From: Roseibacillus sp.
GTDB taxonomy: Bacteria > Verrucomicrobiota > Verrucomicrobiia > Verrucomicrobiales > Akkermansiaceae
Assembly (NCBI GenBank): GCA_051251855.1
Contig: JBPOGI010000003.1
Location: forward strand, 160,001-224,000
DNA length: 64,000 nucleotides
Direction of reading: 5' to 3'
In this document: positions 58,775-64,000 of the stretch, piece by piece
Layout of the letters: the number at the start of each line of letters is the position of its first letter
How positions within the stretch are numbered: the stretch's first letter is position 1
Notes under the pieces: generated by a model
Told to the model about the DNA's origin: nothing
The model's input: only the letters and a program-made list of their open reading frames with translations
Databases searched by the model: none
Made by a program: the position numbers and the translations under genes

Positions 58775-58872
58775 TGAGAACGAACGGTCCGCGAATAGGG
58801 CTCTGGGATCAAGCGGGATGTGAGGGAGACGGGGTGGTATTTTTCGATGCTGAGCCGCGGAGGGAGTGCTGA

Positions 58873-59140
58873 TACCATTCTCACAGTTAAATCGATGTAA
58901 TGGTTTTATTTTTGGTCCTAAGAAAAGCGCTGCGCGAGCACTCAGAAAGTCGGGCCAAGTTTCCCAATACCCGCGTTGCTTGCTGCTCCCCCCCGGTCGC
59001 ACCCTTCGGGTTGCCTTGGCAGGCAAGCTATCTCGCTCCGCTCGTTTCTTGGTCAGAGTGCTAGCACTCCTCCCTCGGCGCGCCTTGGTCTTGGAAAGCC
59101 TGACTCCGACCATTACACCAATTTAACTGCTCAAATGGTA
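58873..59140. mobile_element. MITE-like element C
   Basis: TIRs TACCATTCTCACAGTTAAATCGATGTAATGGT / ACCATTACACCAATTTAACTGCTCAAATGGTA, flanked by a TGA direct repeat. Confidence 0.78.
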
Positions 59141-59231
59141 TGAGATAGGATTCTTTCCGTGATAAGAGATGGCGTCGAGTGGACGCTTAACCGATGATGG
59201 GTGACTGAAGTCGACCTCCCTTCTTCGGAAT

Positions 59232-59933
59232 TCACTTTTGCTGGGCTTTGAGAAGGGCCTTCATGATGGGAAGGCTGTCGTCGTAGCCTCGCAGCTCGAC
59301 TTTGTTGGAGGTGGGATTGGAAAAAGCAATTTGGAAGGTGCGTTTGCGGGGAATGACGTCCCAGAATCCGGTGCTGAGTCGCTTCCAGTCTTGGTCTTTT
59401 TGGGAATAGGCATAGTAGGGGACTTGCCCGTTGGCCTTCTTTTGTTTGAATTCAGAGAGAAAGGTGTTTTTGCCCGGCTGGATTTCAAGCGGTTGTCCCC
59501 CTATGATGAATCGCAGTGGACAGTGGCTCATGTTGGCGATTTGAAAGGAGGCGAGGGGAAAGGCTTTCTCACTGTCGTCGAAAACTTTGATGAGGTAGGG
59601 TTTTTCGGGATTATTGCTGGGGAAGAAGACGAAGAGCGCTTCTTTGATGGATGGAGGAACCGGAACTCGGCTCCAGACCTTGAGCCCTGACTCCCCTGCG
59701 GTTTCCCCGACTCGGACTGTGTTTTCGGCAATGATGAGGGTGCTTTGCTTTGTGTCTAAATATTTGAGGAGCTTGGAGGTCGCTTGCGACTCTCCAATAT
59801 CATCTCCAGATAAGGTGACCTCTCTCACTCGATGGGCATAGTCGAAACAGAGAGTCCTGACCTCGATGCTTCGGGAGCTCTGCGCGATGCAATTTGCGTT
59901 AATCAGAAAGAGAAAAATGAGGAGAGAACGCAT
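59232..59933 (-). CDS. Secreted protein, partner of the PilX-like giant protein
   Basis: Signal peptide from MRSLLIFLF; DDS..AFP..S..IAN motif; same size and position as 18488..19195. Confidence 0.7.
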   Translation of the reverse strand: MRSLLIFLFLINANCIAQSSRSIEVRTLCFDYAHRVREVTLSGDDIGESQATSKLLKYLDTKQSTLIIAENTVRVGETAGESGLKVWSRVPVPPSIKEALFVFFPSNNPEKPYLIKVFDDSEKAFPLASFQIANMSHCPLRFIIGGQPLEIQPGKNTFLSEFKQKKANGQVPYYAYSQKDQDWKRLSTGFWDVIPRKRTFQIAFSNPTSNKVELRGYDDSLPIMKALLKAQQK

Positions 59934-59985
59934 AGTAGAAAGAGAGTCTGAAGGCACAAAAATGGAAGAATCAATTGAAGTGTTC

Positions 59986-62900
59986 CTAGACTTCCAAGGG
60001 AGAGAGCCAGCGGAAAGAGACGATTTTGAATCGGCGGCCAAAATTGATGTTAGTCTGATTGAGTTGGTCAAAAGGAGTGCCTGGTGATTGGCTACCGTCG
60101 ACGAATTCTGGCACTCGCTGAACGATGGCTTCACACCATGCTTGAGCTTCGATGGCACCACTGGCTGAAGTGGAAGCTCCGTAGGCTCGAATGCGGTATG
60201 TGTCGGAGCGGACAGTGAGGGTGGCTCCAAGGTGTTGCAGGAGGTCACCCTGAAGAAGGGTTGCTGGCGAGCCCTCAGCTGTGTTGCCCTCGAGAGCGCT
60301 GGGGTTGGCGAGAAGCGGGTCAACCTCTGTGATGCCAACACCGTCTTCTAAGGAGAAGAGTTGTCCTTCGACTCCTATTCCTGCGTTACTGGCGTTCCCT
60401 TGGGGATCGTTGGTGAGGTCGATGGCAGTTTGAAGGACTCCTTTGTTGGTGAAGTTTTCATCAGAGCTGCCGAGCTTACGATTGACGAATTCTGAGAGAG
60501 AAAGGAAGGGGCCTCGGTCTTCGGCACAGCGAAGCTTGATTTGGGTAACGATTTCGGTGGCCAATTGTTCGGCCTGCTCATTGGTGAGTTGGTGGAAACC
60601 CAACCAGCGCTCGGCTCTTCTCAGGGCGTCTTCACCGACGTCCCCTGAGCCGGCAGCTTTGGTGAGGTCATTCAATTTTTCGCTATAGGTGGGTAGAAAG
60701 CGGCTGAAGGCGCTTCCTTCAGTGACTGCTAGTTCATCGCCATCGCGGGTAGGGACGGCGACTTCATAAGCGCTCATGAGAAGGGCCTTCCAAGCAGGTA
60801 TGGAAGTGGAGTGGATATTGAAGGGACCTTCTAACATCTGGTAGGCGGCCATTTCCCGAGAGGCGAGGTCGTTGCCAGTCGAGAGGGTGGAAATGATGGA
60901 TTCTTGGTTTTCTCCATTAACGAGATAAGGCTTCAGGCGAGGGGTGAGGGTCGTCTTGTCTTGGAAGAAGCCGTCAAGAGCTTCCTTGTTGCTGCCGCTG
61001 GAGCCCTTGCTCATCCCCGAGAAATAGTAGCTGTCCCATAGGCGTTGGTTGAGGAGGTAAGAGTGATCGACAAAGGTGCCTTTGACCGCTTTTTCCGGAG
61101 GGAGAAGGGGATGGGCATGTGAATTCCCGAGAGGGTAGTTGAAAAAGGGAGGACGCACTCCCGAGATGAGGTTGGCTGCTTGGAACTGCCCTACTGAAAC
61201 CATGGGATTAGTAGGAAGAACAAACATGGGCGAGGCAGTGAGACCGGATTCGGCGCTTTGCCCAGAGCCGAAGTAACTCCGATTACTGACGGGGTCGATC
61301 TCGACCATGGGAAAGGAGTTGGTGGAGTTCACTTCGCGAAAGCTGAATTCGTAGCTTTGAACCGGTTGTGGTGCCTCGTCTTCGTCTTGGCTGTATCCTG
61401 TGAGGACAGGGTTACTGAAGAGCCATCCTTTGGTAGGACTCAAGAGTTCGTTGGAGGTCTTTGCCGTCATGGTAAAGACGGCAAAAGGAGTCTTACCACC
61501 ACGGGTTGTGTCCGATTCTTCTTGGAGGATAGTGATGGCAGGGAAGCTTCTCACGATGGGAATAGCGACGTCCTCTTCATAGAGATTTTCCTTTTGTTGC
61601 ACGGTGAAGGAGTTGCCCAGAATTCTGTCGGACTTAATCCCTCCTTTGCGGTCCATTTCAACGAGCATGGTGAAGTCGTCGGTGGCCTCATCCTCCCGGT
61701 CGGAGTTGACATCGTTGTTGGCGAGCTTGGCTTTGACGACGATAGAATCTTGTGGGCGCAGGGCGCACCACATGAACCAGTTCTGATCAATCAAAGTGTT
61801 TTGAGGAGAAGTAGTCGCTCTACGCTCAAAGTCGTAGAGGCTAAAAATATTTCGAGAAGCTTGCCAGCGGGCGATGTGGTCTACTCGGAAGCCGCCCATG
61901 GTATTCCAGCCTTCCACGAAGGGGACGTTCTTGATGACGGACCTCGCATTACTGGATCCTACCGCTCCAGAACCTTGAATGCAGAAGTCGTCTTTCACAT
62001 CTTCCCAAGAGTCGCCTTCTTGAATGAAGGCAGTAAAAATTTTGTTTTCGCCTGGTTCGAGTCGGACTGCCTCACGAGAAATACCAGAGGACATGTCACC
62101 TCCCGTGATATCAAAAGAGAAGTTTGAGATGGCGTCTTCTTTACCGCCTCCCCAAACAAAATTGGAGAGAGGCCAGTAGGAGCGATTAATCCGATCTCCT
62201 GTCTGAGGATCTTCCACGCGGAGGTCTGCTTCTCCTGTGCGTCCTCCTGCATCTTTGGCAAAACGAAAAGCGACGGGAATCTTATCAAGTCGAATGGAGA
62301 GGCCATCAAATTCAATAGGGACGGAATAGGGGTTCCAAAGGGTAACGATGGGCTCAAAACTAAGCCAAGCTCTCAGGTGTTGTCCCGCGAAGGCAGAGTC
62401 CTCGGTATTGTAGGCGCGAGTGATGGTGGCGTTGCCTTTGGTCGAGAGAGGATGGGTGACCAGGGAAAAGAGGATCTGAAGCTTGGCAACGACGGGCTTC
62501 AGGGTCACCGAAGTAGGACTAGAGTCGTTCTTGTTAAAGTTTGATTGAACGATGTTAGAGGTGACGTCAATGGCTTCGGTAGCGGAGTTACTATTGAACT
62601 TGAGGTGCTGCTGGTAGTAGTCTGAAAGATAGGACCAGTGGGGATCAGAGACTCCGAAAGGCGTGGTGGTGCCCGAGTAGAGACGTTCGCCATCTTTGAG
62701 GCCATTCTCCAGAATGATGGTAAGATCTTGTTTGAGTCCGCCGTTGGCGACATCACAAAGAACTCCCCGCGAATGAGTGGTGTAATCGAAGAAGAGGCTC
62801 TTGGCCTCCGAGGTGGTCGAGCCGTCTCCGCTTGCGACATCAAGCGACTTGTTAGAAATGAGGCGAGACCACTCGGATTCGCTTCCGGGACTGAAGCTTT

Positions 62901-63591
62901 CGATCTCGAGTGCTTCCCTCCCCATGCGTTCGGGAAAAGTCAGGTTTGATGCGAGATATTGTCCGTTCGTGGGACGGGCTTCATCACGAATGAGATTGAT
63001 GCGCGCCTTGGTGTCTTCAGCCAAAACAGTCCAAGCGTATTTTCCATTTCCGTCGCCCACTTCGACGAGTTCGCTGACGATAGGATCCTCGTTGAGCGCG
63101 GTGCCAAAGGTGCCTTCACCGAGTAATTCGACGATATCTGTGGTGGGGCGATTGGTTGGAAAGTCCAAATCAGGAAGCGTGCTGTCTCCTTGTCTACGAC
63201 TAGCAAGCCATCCGAGAAATCGTTTCTCTTTTTCGGTTTGGTAAGAAGGACTTTCGCTTTGGGTGCTTGGGTCCCAATGCCATGATTGCCAGGCTCCGAC
63301 GAGGTGGGGTTGAGCCGCGTTTTGGTGAATCGTGGTGGCTGGAGCTGATATCGCCTTGTCGCTTCCCATCGATTTCTGGAGTTTACCAATGGCGATTTGG
63401 AGAGCAAGGCGAGCGTTGTTCCGTGCTTCTAGATGAGACTGTTGTTTGTAGGTGCTTCGCAGCGTTGTCGAGGCTAGAGAGAGCAGGCCCACTGCGATAA
63501 GTGAGAGCAGTATCATCAGGACGACGGTGACGACCATTGAGAAACCCTCGTGAGACTTTGAGGTTGGTTGGATGACTCGAGCGGTTTGCAT
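59986..63591 (-). CDS. Giant PilX-like (Verru_Chthon cassette A-like) protein, paralog of 19246..22836
   Basis: G|FSMVVTVVLMILLSLIAVGLL, EARNNARLA, GPFLSLSEFVNR, RSDTYRIRAYG..AWCE..VQR and FGRRF..VSFRW. Confidence 0.75.
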   Translation of the reverse strand: MQTARVIQPTSKSHEGFSMVVTVVLMILLSLIAVGLLSLASTTLRSTYKQQSHLEARNNARLALQIAIGKLQKSMGSDKAISAPATTIHQNAAQPHLVGAWQSWHWDPSTQSESPSYQTEKEKRFLGWLASRRQGDSTLPDLDFPTNRPTTDIVELLGEGTFGTALNEDPIVSELVEVGDGNGKYAWTVLAEDTKARINLIRDEARPTNGQYLASNLTFPERMGREALEIESFSPGSESEWSRLISNKSLDVASGDGSTTSEAKSLFFDYTTHSRGVLCDVANGGLKQDLTIILENGLKDGERLYSGTTTPFGVSDPHWSYLSDYYQQHLKFNSNSATEAIDVTSNIVQSNFNKNDSSPTSVTLKPVVAKLQILFSLVTHPLSTKGNATITRAYNTEDSAFAGQHLRAWLSFEPIVTLWNPYSVPIEFDGLSIRLDKIPVAFRFAKDAGGRTGEADLRVEDPQTGDRINRSYWPLSNFVWGGGKEDAISNFSFDITGGDMSSGISREAVRLEPGENKIFTAFIQEGDSWEDVKDDFCIQGSGAVGSSNARSVIKNVPFVEGWNTMGGFRVDHIARWQASRNIFSLYDFERRATTSPQNTLIDQNWFMWCALRPQDSIVVKAKLANNDVNSDREDEATDDFTMLVEMDRKGGIKSDRILGNSFTVQQKENLYEEDVAIPIVRSFPAITILQEESDTTRGGKTPFAVFTMTAKTSNELLSPTKGWLFSNPVLTGYSQDEDEAPQPVQSYEFSFREVNSTNSFPMVEIDPVSNRSYFGSGQSAESGLTASPMFVLPTNPMVSVGQFQAANLISGVRPPFFNYPLGNSHAHPLLPPEKAVKGTFVDHSYLLNQRLWDSYYFSGMSKGSSGSNKEALDGFFQDKTTLTPRLKPYLVNGENQESIISTLSTGNDLASREMAAYQMLEGPFNIHSTSIPAWKALLMSAYEVAVPTRDGDELAVTEGSAFSRFLPTYSEKLNDLTKAAGSGDVGEDALRRAERWLGFHQLTNEQAEQLATEIVTQIKLRCAEDRGPFLSLSEFVNRKLGSSDENFTNKGVLQTAIDLTNDPQGNASNAGIGVEGQLFSLEDGVGITEVDPLLANPSALEGNTAEGSPATLLQGDLLQHLGATLTVRSDTYRIRAYGASTSASGAIEAQAWCEAIVQRVPEFVDGSQSPGTPFDQLNQTNINFGRRFKIVSFRWLSPLEV

Positions 63592-64000
63592 TTACAATAA
63601 ATATTCCAAGTCTGCTTCTTGCGATTCGTCGCATTCGAATAAGGCCTCAATGTATGAACCTTTCTATTTCGAGTAGTCTCTGCAGCAGTCCCGAACGTCC
63701 TGCTTCTCCTGAGGAGTCAAGGGACTACCTGATTCCTGAAAACGAGGTTGCAGAGGCTATGCCAGAAGCGTTTTTTTTCGCTAAGTTGGTGAAAAAATTT
63801 GAGCCTTTCGGCTCTTTTGGCCAAAGGATCCCTTGTTTCACACGCAATGAATCTTCTCTAGGTTAGACGAGTGTAATCTCTCGGAATCAGTTTTCGCGTT
63901 CAGTTCAGTAGAGGTGATTGACACAATGGGACTTTGCGGCTGCGCGGAATCTGGGGAGAGGCACTGAGATATTTTCACCGCAAAAAGCGCACGGGACGCA

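Noticed and set aside
58775..59113. 113-aa N-terminal extension of SelB
   Set aside because: It runs through MITE C, and SelB similarity begins at Met 58774.
63654..63866. 70-aa ORF
   Set aside because: No recognisable motif; likely the upstream regulatory region of the PilX-like gene.

Overview
Bacterial chromosomal window, most likely from a marine Verrucomicrobium of the Roseibacillus/Haloferula type. This is an inference from PilX-like giant proteins, SHD1 domains and FF[RK]-type C-terminal tails. From left to right it contains: (1) a beta-1,3-glucan locus with a GH149 phosphorylase that is missing from the ORF track and runs off the left edge, an aldose epimerase, a GH81 and two paralogous multi-domain clan-A/GH30-like enzymes, with a shared palindromic operator; (2) three small genes separated by degenerate attC-like sites; (3) two giant PilX-like genes, each paired with a small secreted partner; (4) housekeeping genes; (5) a nearly complete purine-catabolism cluster (fused XdhAB, xdhC, puuD, uraH, uraD, allB, allC, allE, add, acid phosphatase, divergent malate synthase); (6) mgtE, a DAHP synthase and selB. 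The strongest hidden signal is an unannotated secreted thioredoxin-fold/SHD1 protein (50106..49447, minus strand). It has an in-frame UGA in a UxxC motif followed by a SECIS-like hairpin, so it is a probable selenoprotein, and it lies about 7 kb from selB. There are also three MITE-like elements with different ends but a shared internal core, several REP-like palindromes and three pseudogenes. All calls come from manual reading and motif recognition; no database search was run.
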